DNA of 64,000 nucleotides from NCBI RefSeq assembly GCF_024223415.1, contig NZ_CP100500.1; one strand, given 5' to 3'. Source of the stretch: Escherichia coli. GTDB taxonomy: Bacteria; Pseudomonadota; Gammaproteobacteria; Enterobacterales; Enterobacteriaceae. The position numbers were made by a program, and so were the translations under genes. Below the pieces are notes generated by a model. That model worked only from the letters and a program-made list of their open reading frames with translations. It had not been told where the DNA came from and did not search any database. Positions 22,754 to 31,999 of this stretch are shown one piece after another (the stretch's first letter is position 1; every line of letters starts with the position of its first letter).

Positions 22754-25146
22754 AGCATTGTCTCCAGCTCTTCCCTCAGCGCCTTACTGTCAGTAATGAG
22801 CTCAGGAACCCTTTCATTTAATGCCTGAAGTCGCCCGGTAAGTCGTTCCTGCGCCTGCTGATCGCGTTTATGATCTTCAGAGCTCTGAATCAGCGTGTTA
22901 CGCAGTTGTTCAACTTTCTCCCTGAATGCGCAGAAAAAGGCATCGATTTCCTGGCGGACGGGCTGGTTAATATCCTGCTCAATGGATGCCTGCAGCTCCC
23001 CGAAATATGCCCGGGTCAGTGACATAACTTCCTCTCTGACCTTGTTGATATTGATCACGCTGCGACTCACATCCTCGTCATAGTTTTCCCAGCCCAGGTC
23101 ACTGGTGCCAAACCATCGACAAACGGTTCCCCATACGCCACTCTGCCGACGGCGACGGGTGACGGTCTCCGTTCTTTCCTCCATAAGCGCACTCAGATTT
23201 ATTTTTACCGCGAGCCGGGTCTGTAACTGGCTGACTGCCGGAAAACTGATTTTTACGGTAAAGCCCTCATCCTCCAGGCGGGCATTGATGCGACCGGCAA
23301 TGTTTTCTGTGGCGTACAGGGCCGTGCCACGAAAACCTGTTTCAATCCCGCTGACGATTTTCTCCAGCTCAGGCCGGAACTGTGCTTCAGCCTCACGGTG
23401 CAGGCTGGTCACGGTCGATTCGATTTGCGTCATCAGTTCAAGGGCTTCCCTGCGATCACTGAATTTTATTTCGGGGCTGTCCGGGGCAAAATCTCGTTTC
23501 CTGTAATCCTCCCGGCCCTGGTTGTTGATACCGGACCATTGAGAAATTTTCCCCCATAATCCGGACTGAGACCTTCGTTGTTCTGCGTCTTCTTCCTCCA
23601 GCATTTGCTGTTCTTTGCGTTTACCGCTTCTGAAATAGTCATTCAGCTCCTCTTCCAGTGAGGTGCAGACCCCCGTCAGTAATTCCCGGGTTTTAGTATC
23701 GATCTCCTCCATGGCCATTCTGACATCAGTGGTCATCTGCTCCTGACAGTCCGCGATTTCCCGGATATCCGCAAGCAGGCTGGTGATATGCGACTGCAGT
23801 GACTGAATGCTTTGCTGTAGCCCCTGATGGCGTAACAACAGGTATTCACTGATATTTTCTGCATTCTGCATCAGTTTTGCGGCGGCAGAGTCAACCGCCA
23901 GTGCCGCAGCTCTGGAATGTGAGCTCTGTATGACTTCCGTTATCAGTTGATCGATAAGTGAGCCTTCCCACAGGTCTGTCGCCCCTTCAGTTGCCAGTTC
24001 ACTGTCTTTACAGACGTATTCTTTTTTCATGCAACCGAAGGCACCTCTGATAAAATCATCGACCCAGGCTTCATCAACAGGAAGGGTTCCGTTTTTCCGT
24101 AACTCATGAAGCGCACGGTTAGCCAGGTATGCCTGGCGTGAGGATCCGGGATAAACGCGGGAGGCGGGCAGCACATCGCTGTTCAGCATTGCCGGAACTT
24201 TCTGGCGTACGGCATCTGCCCCATCGCCATTGCGGTCTTTCTCATCAAATTTATTGACCAGTACAAACAGGCGGCCGGCTGATACGTCAGCAATGGCATT
24301 AAGCTCTTTACGGACGTCTTCATCCGCTTTTGAGTTCATCTGGGTGTAATCCATCACAGCCAGAACCGCAGAGGCTTTCTGCAGTTGATCCCGCATCATC
24401 ACTTCCATCTGCGGTTGTCCGGCCTCATTAGGGCCGGGGGTATCCAGCAGTGTGAGTGTTCCCTGGCATGCATCCATCCCCACCAGATGGCTGAATTCCA
24501 CGTCGATCACCGGCAGTTTCTGCACTTCTGCGTATTCATCAAAAGGAAATTCAGTCCCCATTGCCGCAGCAAGACGAACCAGATCGTTTAACGATGCCAG
24601 TCCGGTAAAGATTTCCTCCTCCCCGTGGTATTCATTTTTGAGCCAGCCATCATCCGTCAGAATATCCAGCAGTTCGCGGGTATCCCCGGTTTGCTGCAGG
24701 GTCTGTGCGACCTGCTGTCCTGCCGGGGTGGCGAGTTTTTCCTGCAGTGTGATTAATAAATTGCGGACAGGCTGAATATGTTCCAGATGGAGAACCGGCT
24801 CAGTTTTTCCGGGAACGTGGCGGATGAGCGTCGGTACAGAGGTCATGGGGCGGTTACGGTTAGGCAGAATTTCCTGCCCCACAATGGCGTTGATGGTGGT
24901 TGATTTGCCTGCTTTCATCGTGCCGACAACAGCCAGCACCATCTCCCTGCGGGCGGTTTTGATTTGTTCGCCCTCCAGCTCCTCAATTCTTTTCAGTGCT
25001 TTCTGTTTATCAAAAAGCAGTCTGTTTTCGTTCTTACTGTCAGATAACACATCTGGCTCCTCAACCATTTGCCGGAGCAGATTAATGTTCAGTTGCAAAA
25101 GTCGGTCGGCTTCATCACAAAGCAGGGCGATGTTCTTTTCGTGCAT
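22750..25146 (-). CDS. Large dynamin-like GTPase (798 aa)
   Basis: P-loop GTMKAGKST, switch II DTPG, G4 NKFD, then ~450 aa of predicted helical region; SD AGGAAGG upstream of ATG 25146. Confidence 0.75.
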   Translation of the reverse strand: MHEKNIALLCDEADRLLQLNINLLRQMVEEPDVLSDSKNENRLLFDKQKALKRIEELEGEQIKTARREMVLAVVGTMKAGKSTTINAIVGQEILPNRNRPMTSVPTLIRHVPGKTEPVLHLEHIQPVRNLLITLQEKLATPAGQQVAQTLQQTGDTRELLDILTDDGWLKNEYHGEEEIFTGLASLNDLVRLAAAMGTEFPFDEYAEVQKLPVIDVEFSHLVGMDACQGTLTLLDTPGPNEAGQPQMEVMMRDQLQKASAVLAVMDYTQMNSKADEDVRKELNAIADVSAGRLFVLVNKFDEKDRNGDGADAVRQKVPAMLNSDVLPASRVYPGSSRQAYLANRALHELRKNGTLPVDEAWVDDFIRGAFGCMKKEYVCKDSELATEGATDLWEGSLIDQLITEVIQSSHSRAAALAVDSAAAKLMQNAENISEYLLLRHQGLQQSIQSLQSHITSLLADIREIADCQEQMTTDVRMAMEEIDTKTRELLTGVCTSLEEELNDYFRSGKRKEQQMLEEEDAEQRRSQSGLWGKISQWSGINNQGREDYRKRDFAPDSPEIKFSDRREALELMTQIESTVTSLHREAEAQFRPELEKIVSGIETGFRGTALYATENIAGRINARLEDEGFTVKISFPAVSQLQTRLAVKINLSALMEERTETVTRRRRQSGVWGTVCRWFGTSDLGWENYDEDVSRSVININKVREEVMSLTRAYFGELQASIEQDINQPVRQEIDAFFCAFREKVEQLRNTLIQSSEDHKRDQQAQERLTGRLQALNERVPELITDSKALREELETML

Positions 25147-25207
25147 TATTTAACCTTCCTAAGACGCATTTTCATGACAACCACGGAGGAGGTCATTTAC
25201 TACAAAC

Positions 25208-25242
25208 GATCGTTTATAACGATCGATATGATAGTAACGATC
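25208..25242. promoter_or_regulatory. Cluster of three GATC (Dam) sites within repeated AACGATCG motifs in the leader of the GTPase operon
   Basis: aaacGATCgtttataacGATCgatatgatagtaacGATCgatac; GATC at 25208, 25221, 25239. Confidence 0.5.
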
Positions 25243-25363
25243 GATACATTCTATTAACTTGAGAAACACAACGCAAGGGGACAACCCGGGTATGGCTGCG
25301 TTTGCATAGTGTTTTCATGGAGTTAAAAATCTGTAACAACAGCCTGGTACATCACCACCGGGT

Positions 25364-26241
25364 TCAGAAGAAAATCCAGTTCCATACCGCGCGGGCAACA
25401 GAGACCACCGAGTCACGGACGGCGCGCAGAACCGTGCGTGCAACAGAGGCAATGCAGACGCTCTCCGCCGTGTCAAATATCCGGTCCACCGCACCGGTAA
25501 ACTGTTCACGGGCCTGAGACCGGACAGACTCCGTGCGCAGCTCGTCCTGCAGGCGGGTCATCAGGGGACTGGCGGCATGGTCGGGAAGTGCTGTCATGAG
25601 CGCACTGACCAGCGTATCCAGTTCCCAGCCGGTGCGGGCCGATACGGCAACAACCCGATGTACGGGCCGGAACAGACGGAATACCGCCTCCGTTTTTTCG
25701 CGAATGTTCTGTGCCTGTGCGGGAGAAGGCTGAATACCGGCCATATCCCATTCATGGCAGGGCTCCGTTTTATCGGCCTGCATCACCACAAACAGTACCC
25801 GCTGATGTCCCCGGTGCAGGATGTGTCGCCAGAAATACTCATCCACAGACAGGGCACGGTCATCGGCTTTAATCAGCCACAGTACCAGGTCCAGTTCGAG
25901 CAGAATGTCACGGTACAGGGCTTCATACTCTGCATCCCTGTCCCGGCTCTCGCCCACCCCACCCCGGGCAGGTCAGTGATAACCATGCTGTGACCATGGC
26001 CATTCAGACGGAAGCGCTGCACTTCCCGGGGGCCGGCGTGAACATCACTGACCGGGGTGACCTCCCCCTGAAACAGCGCATTACAGAGTGAGGATTTACC
26101 GGCCCCGCTTTTACCCATAATGCCAGGCACGGGTTCGTGACTGGTGAGTTTGCGCAGATGTTCCAGGATGTGACGGGAAAGTGAGTAAGGCAGGGAGGAG
26201 AGCGGTTTTTCAATTGCCTCAATGGCATCAGACGGATTCAT
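25364..26241 (-). pseudogene. yeeP: YeeP/YfjP/YkfA-family GTPase split by a 5-bp tandem duplication
   Basis: ORF 25873..26280 (P-loop GIMGKSGAGKSSLCNALF ... ITDLPGVGW) and ORF 25364..25957 (GESRDRDAEYEALY...) in different frames; junction reads cccggggtgggGTGGGcgagagc. Confidence 0.75.
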
Positions 26242-26324
26242 ACATGTATTCCCGGTGAAAAAAGACAAAACCCCGCGCACCGGAAAGGTGGCGGGGGATT
26301 CACGGAAATAATATCTGTCTGAAA

Positions 26325-27488
26325 TTATCTGGAATCGATTTGGCTGTTCTGCCTGGTTGCCACCAAATCATGGTACGCCTGCTCAATCATTTCATTCAGC
26401 AGTTTTTTTGGGAGGACACCACGACTTCGGGCAATACTTTCAAGCTGTTTGTGGATTTTTCCGGACAGTTTCAGAGGGACGGAACCATCAGCACGTTCAT
26501 CACGCCTTTTTTGTTGCTCCCGGGCACTTTTCAGCTCATCAAGAAGAATCGCTTTATGCTGAATCCTGGGGGCCTGGAAGGAGACCTGCGTAAACTTCGC
26601 TCTGTTCCGTCTGGGATTACTTTCCAGTAAAAACTGTACCTGTTGCTCATTCCAGCCCTCCCAGTTATCAAACGTGGCGCAGGCAAACCAGTATTTCTGC
26701 TCCGGGGTAAGGGGATTCAGCGGGGTTCCCACACACCGGACCTGCATGGCGTTCCATAACCAGTCACACTGTTCACTGTCCCTGCTGTCCACCCACGAAA
26801 AGGGGGAGGGGTAATCATTGTTTATGCTGGCCCATTCAGAGAATACTGAGTTGATAATCGTCCTCGTAGCCTCTGGTCCGGATTTCAGCAGGTAACTGGA
26901 GCAGAACCATATAATTTCACGGTAGATTTTATCCGGATGCACGGTGCGCATCGGCTTTTCTCTGGGACCGGCAATCTTCGGTTGCGATGGAAACCCCGTG
27001 GCAAACCGCAGATGTTCCGGGGGCATTCCTGAACGTTTTTCAGGAATGGGTGTGAGTCCTGCGTTTCTGGTCTTTTCCGCTTGTCCGGTATTGCCTCCGG
27101 CCGGAGTGTTGTCGGGAGTATCTTCCGGAGGCGAGGTGTTTTCATTAGTTGGGGGAACAACAGCAGAACTGTCCATCTCCGGAATGGGTTGAGGGGCATA
27201 ATCACTGTGGTAGCCAGGGGAAAGCGTTAAGTCCCGAAGGGTGACATCAGGTTCCGGGCAGTGAGTGCCACCGGGAGTGAACGGGAGTTGTTGCTTTTGG
27301 GAGAAAAATGTATTGTGAATGCGGGTATACAGCTGGAACAGAAAAAAATAAGATGCCCGTGGTTCTTTTTTTAACCACTGTGTATATTCCTCTATGGCAC
27401 CGAGCTGTTGTTTGTGCCGTTTTACAGCATCGATATACGGACAGCTGGTGCAGATATCATCCAGTTCCTTTCCCACAATACACCTCAC
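26325..27488 (-). CDS. Hypothetical 387-aa island protein with a Pro/Thr-rich linker
   Basis: Long ORF with no recognised motif; sits between the island GTPase and the IS66 insertions. Confidence 0.45.
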   Translation of the reverse strand: MRCIVGKELDDICTSCPYIDAVKRHKQQLGAIEEYTQWLKKEPRASYFFLFQLYTRIHNTFFSQKQQLPFTPGGTHCPEPDVTLRDLTLSPGYHSDYAPQPIPEMDSSAVVPPTNENTSPPEDTPDNTPAGGNTGQAEKTRNAGLTPIPEKRSGMPPEHLRFATGFPSQPKIAGPREKPMRTVHPDKIYREIIWFCSSYLLKSGPEATRTIINSVFSEWASINNDYPSPFSWVDSRDSEQCDWLWNAMQVRCVGTPLNPLTPEQKYWFACATFDNWEGWNEQQVQFLLESNPRRNRAKFTQVSFQAPRIQHKAILLDELKSAREQQKRRDERADGSVPLKLSGKIHKQLESIARSRGVLPKKLLNEMIEQAYHDLVATRQNSQIDSR

Positions 27489-29043
27489 CTGCTTTTCTCA
27501 CATTTGCAGATTTTAAAAAAGCAAACAAAAACCTCCGTACATGATGTACAGAACAATCTACCAGGTAGTGGCGTCAGAAAACCCCCGGGCCGCCTGCACT
27601 TTCCAGAATGCGCCGGTTATGAAAAACCGGAAATTCAGTCTCTGTTGTAAGATGTACCCTCTGATACTACGTTTTCTCTGTGTATTTAACTCACTGTATT
27701 TATTGTCTTTTTAAGCTTGACTGATATTCTCCGGTCATAGTGTGCCGGATATACATCCCGTAAACTTCTCATTTTTATATAAAAATACCTGCACTCTCTT
27801 CAGCGCATCTGTCTCCTTTAAGTAAAAAATGTTTTCACGTATTGCTGTAAATTCATTTTAAATCAGTATATTACCTTGATATTGCTGTCTCCTGGTTTGA
27901 TGCGTAATCGTTCTGCCTTTCTGGATGATTCTGGTGCTTCCGGGTGCATTCTCCTCTGCACATGCAACAGTTCGTCATCGCCACGCTCCCAAAAAGCATA
28001 TAAAAACGAATCGAATTTGATATTTTTTTCAATCGTTTTTCATAGGAATTTCGTAGGGTATTCTCCGCTATAACCTCCATATTTGCTGCCTTTTTCTCCA
28101 TAAATCGTATGCAATATAGCCTGTCTGTCAAGACCTCTTCTCTGCTGTTGAGGAGACGATCTCATTTTTGGTCTTTTCCGGGAGAGAGGCTGTCAGATGA
28201 GCGAGCCGGATATACTGTCAGAGGTACACCCCGTAGCAGACCTGTGCTCCCATTTCCGCGATCCGGAACCAACAACACCCTACGGTTAATACCATTTGAA
28301 GCGTCAGGTACTGCAGGAAGTTCCCCCCTGCGCGGACATCGGTTCCTGCCGACATCTCACAATACGGCCAGACTGTCATGCAGTAACACCCGCATGCGGT
28401 CTGCGGTTTTAAGCGCACTCTCCCGTTTTCAGTGCACCGATAATGCGTCATAGTAAGTCTGGGGGAAGTTACGGAATGCCTGTTAAGTGGTGCCGTGGGT
28501 GGAGACAGCTTACTTTTCTACAGCAACTGCAGTCATTCAGGATGATCAGGAGATATTCTGTCAATGTCACGATCCTGCCATTTTCGTACCCGCTAAGATA
28601 CTTCCGTTACTGATGCTGTCCGCTTTTCACCATTTCATCCTCACTGACAGGCGTTGCGTTTTGGGTCATCACCACAGCTTTACGTTTCTCTTTTAACCGG
28701 TAACGCTCTCCTTTGATATTCAGCGTGGTTGAGTGATGCAGCAGTCAATCCAGGAGCGCTGTTGTCCGGCAACCACCATATCAACTTCTTCCCGGGTGTG
28801 GCGGAGAGGTGGTATCCTGGCTGAGTTTCGAAGCGAACCGTTCTTTTTGACGGGCGCATTTTACGTCCGGGCTGAATGTAGTAACGCGGCATGGAACGTC
28901 GGCCCGTATACCATTGCCTTAATCTCCGCAAAGATAACCTCGTCATTCCGGACATTCTCTGTAAGCGTCGTCTGAGTACCGTCTGGTCCCGAATCCAGGA
29001 TCCTGTAACTTAAGCACCCACTTATTTTGCAGGTGGACACCTC

Positions 29044-29427
29044 ATGCGCGCTAAAGAAAGACTTCCCCGGAAACACTATTCCCCTGAATTCAAAATGGAA
29101 CTGGTCAGGCTGGCTCTTGAAGAAGAAGGCAGTATTGCCGCACTGGCCCGGAAACATGACGTCAATGATAACCTGCTCTTTAAATGGATAAGGCTCTGGC
29201 AGCGTGAAGGGCGGGTCTGTCGGCCCCGAAAAAACTCATCGTCGCTTCCTGCCCTGATACCCGTGCAGCTTCAGGCGGGCTCTTCTCTCCCAACCTTCGA
29301 ACTACCATCCTGCTCTCCTCCCGCTACCTGCCACATAAAATGTCGGGGAGGAGAAATAACACTGACTCATCCCTCTGCTGAACTCATGAGCACTGTCCTG
29401 CGCGAACTGATGCGGGGGCCTGTATGA
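29044..29427 (+). CDS. IS66-family accessory protein TnpA (orfA)
   Basis: 127-aa ORF with HTH-like N-terminus; first of three IS66 ORFs. Confidence 0.8.
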   Translation: MRAKERLPRKHYSPEFKMELVRLALEEEGSIAALARKHDVNDNLLFKWIRLWQREGRVCRPRKNSSSLPALIPVQLQAGSSLPTFELPSCSPPATCHIKCRGGEITLTHPSAELMSTVLRELMRGPV

Positions 29428-29771
29428 TAAATCTTCCCGCAGGCACAAAAATCTGGCTGGTTGCCGGTATCACCGATATGCGCAACGGCTTCAATGGCCT
29501 CGCCGCAAAGGTGCAGACCGCGCTGAAAGATGACCCGATGTCCGGCCACGTCTTCATCTTCCGGGGACGCAGCGGCAGTCAGGTAAAACTGCTCTGGTCC
29601 ACCGGCGATGGTCTGTGCCTGCTGACAAAGCGACTAGAACGTGGTCGCTTCGCCTGGCCCTCAGCCCGCGATGGCAAAGTGTTCCTGACGCTGGCGCAAC
29701 TGGCGATGCTGATGGAAGGTATCGACTGGCGACAGCCAAAGCGGTTACTGACATCCCTGACCATGTTGTAG
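29424..29771 (+). CDS. IS66-family TnpB (orfB)
   Basis: 115-aa [33 protein letters not shown]...; 4-nt overlap with orfA. Confidence 0.85.
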   Translation: MINLPAGTKIWLVAGITDMRNGFNGLAAKVQTALKDDPMSGHVFIFRGRSGSQVKLLWSTGDGLCLLTKRLERGRFAWPSARDGKVFLTLAQLAMLMEGIDWRQPKRLLTSLTML

Positions 29772-29820
29772 CGCTCTTTATCCTGGTTGTCGCAGAATAA
29801 GCCTGGTAAAATACAGGCTT

Positions 29821-31356
29821 ATGAACGACACCTCTTCTGACGACATCCTTCTGCTGAAACAGCGCCTGGCCGAACAGGAAGCGTTGATCCACGCCCTGCA
29901 GGAAAAGCTGAGCAACCGGGAACGCGAAATAGACCATCTGCAGGCGCAACTGGATAAGCTGCGCCGGATGAACTTCGGCAGTCGTTCCGAAAAGGTATCC
30001 CGCCGTATCGCGCAAATGGAAGCTGACCTGAACCTGCTGCAGCAGGAAAGCGATACGCTGACCGGCCGGGTGGATGACCCGGCAGTGCAGCGCCCGCTGC
30101 GTCAGACCCGCACCCGCAAACCGTTCCCTGAGTCACTCCCACGGGATGAGAAGCGGCTGCTGCCGACTGAGCCGTGTTGCCCGGAGTGCGGTGGTTCGCT
30201 GAGTTACCTGGGTGAGGATGCCGCCGAACAGCTGGAGCTGATGCGCAGCGCCTTCCGGGTTATCCGGACAGTCCGTGAAAAGCATGCCTGCCGTCGGTGC
30301 GATCGCATCGTTCAGGCCCCGGCTCCTTCGCGCCCCATCGAACGGGGGATCGCCGGACCGGGGCTGCTGGCCCGAGTGCTGACCTCAAAGTATGCAGAGC
30401 ACATACCGCTGTATCGCCAGTCGGAGATCTATGCCCGCCAGGGTGTAGTGTTGAGTCGTTCTGTACTGTCGGGCTGGGTGGATGCGTGTTGTCGTCTGCT
30501 GGCACCGCTGGATGAAGCCCTTCAGCACTATGTCCTGACCGACGGCAAACTCCATGCTGACGATATGCCTGTCCCGGTGCTGTTGCCGGGCAATAAGAAG
30601 ACGAAGACCGGGCGCTTATGGACGTACGTTCGAGACGACCGCAACGCCGGATCAGCGCTGGCCCCCGCAGTGTGGTTCGCTTACAGCCCGGACAGAAAAG
30701 GTATCCACCCTCAGACCCATCTTGCAGGCTTCAGTGGCGTACTGCAGGCTGATGCCTACGCCGGGTTCAACGAGCTCTACCGCGACGGCCATATAAAGGA
30801 AGCCGCGTGCTGGGCCCATGCCCGCCGAAAAATCCACGATGTTCACGTCCGTACCCCGTCAGCCCTGACGGAGGAGGCGCTGAAACGGATCGGCGAGCTG
30901 TATGCCATCGAGTCGGAGCTCAGAGGTAAAAGAGCAGAGGAACGGCAGGCAGTCCGGCACCAAAAAGTGCTGCCGCTGCTGGCGTCACTGGAGGGGTGGC
31001 TGCGGGAGAAACAGAAAACCCTCTCAAGGCACTCAGAACTGGCGAAGGCGTTCGGGTATGCGCTGAACCAGTGGCCGGCGCTGACCCGCTATGCAGAAGA
31101 TGGCTGGGTGGAGGTGGATAATAACATTGCCGAAAACGCCCTACGACTGGTCAGTCTGGGGAGAAAAAACTGGCTGTTCTTCGGCTCGGATCATGGTGGT
31201 GAGCGCGGTGCGTCACTGTACAGTCTTATCGGGACGTGCAAATTAAACGGCGTGGATCCGGAACGCTATCTGCATCATGTACTTGATGTCATCGCCGACT
31301 GGCCTGTGAACCGGGTGGGTGCTCTGCTCCCGTGGCGGGTTACTCTGCCTGCCTGA
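29821..31356 (+). CDS. IS66-family transposase TnpC
   Basis: 511-aa ORF with N-terminal leucine zipper, CPECGG zinc motif and DDE region. Confidence 0.88.
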   Translation: MNDTSSDDILLLKQRLAEQEALIHALQEKLSNREREIDHLQAQLDKLRRMNFGSRSEKVSRRIAQMEADLNLLQQESDTLTGRVDDPAVQRPLRQTRTRKPFPESLPRDEKRLLPTEPCCPECGGSLSYLGEDAAEQLELMRSAFRVIRTVREKHACRRCDRIVQAPAPSRPIERGIAGPGLLARVLTSKYAEHIPLYRQSEIYARQGVVLSRSVLSGWVDACCRLLAPLDEALQHYVLTDGKLHADDMPVPVLLPGNKKTKTGRLWTYVRDDRNAGSALAPAVWFAYSPDRKGIHPQTHLAGFSGVLQADAYAGFNELYRDGHIKEAACWAHARRKIHDVHVRTPSALTEEALKRIGELYAIESELRGKRAEERQAVRHQKVLPLLASLEGWLREKQKTLSRHSELAKAFGYALNQWPALTRYAEDGWVEVDNNIAENALRLVSLGRKNWLFFGSDHGGERGASLYSLIGTCKLNGVDPERYLHHVLDVIADWPVNRVGALLPWRVTLPA

Positions 31357-31999
31357 CCAGCTTCACTTCGTCAATACGGTTCTCACTGCACGCTTACCAT
31401 TCTCTGCCAGGCATATGTCGATGTAATCCATAAACGATTTCAGCTTACCCCTTTTGTGGCCAGTCTTTCTGGCTGGCGGTTCAGGGGATGTTTTCTGGTT
31501 ATCGTGTACCACAAAGCAGGGATATTGCCCCGATAGTCACATTTCAGATTGATCGCGGTCTGAAGATGTGGCACTGAGGTAACGTGCTGGTGTCACTGGT
31601 ATTGCTGAAGTTATGGTTTTTCGGGGTCAGGTGAGCCTGTTGTGTGTATGCTTTTTGTTCAGGTCAGAGGGGGACTGTGTGGACAGCGGCTTTTGTCTCC
31701 GGGCATTCACGCCTGAACGATGAATGCGATTTTCAGCAATATTTGTCTTTGTGACACTCTCTGGTTGAGAAGCTAATGCGCGCCCCTGTTTCCACAGAGA
31801 ATGAGGCTTGCCATCAGCCGAAACATCAGTATTCCACGCCATACAGACGGCGCCTGACCATGTGCTGATGCAGGTAAAATGTTTCACTACAACTGTTCGG
31901 GTTGCTATGCAACGAAACAGCGATTCTCACGATCTTTAACTGCAACGTTTTTCCGCCTGAAAGTAAGCGTACAGCGAGGGCCGTATTGACGGGGATGTG

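Larger units (their letters stand above)
28961..31397 (+). mobile_element. Complete IS66-family insertion sequence (2437 bp) with 8-bp target-site duplication CATTCTCT
   Basis: Ends GTAAGCGTCGTCTGAGTACCGTCTGG ... GGTTCTCACTGCACGCTTAC; identical CATTCTCT at 28953-28960 and 31398-31405; three ORFs in orfA/orfB/tnpC order. Confidence 0.9.

Noticed and set aside
22750-25146. Calling the large GTPase LeoA/LeoBC or the operon a known Eleos system
   Set aside because: Only the generic GTPase motifs and size support a dynamin-like call; the partner genes (helical protein, patatin) do not match the LeoA/LeoBC pairing as I know it, so no named family is assigned without an HMM search.
15678-27488. Presence of flu (antigen 43) and yeeR as in K-12 CP4-44
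   Set aside because: No autotransporter-sized ORF or beta-barrel-like sequence occurs between the yeeP-like gene and yeeS; the slot holds the GTPase-patatin operon, the two secreted-protein genes, DUF932 and the antirestriction gene instead.
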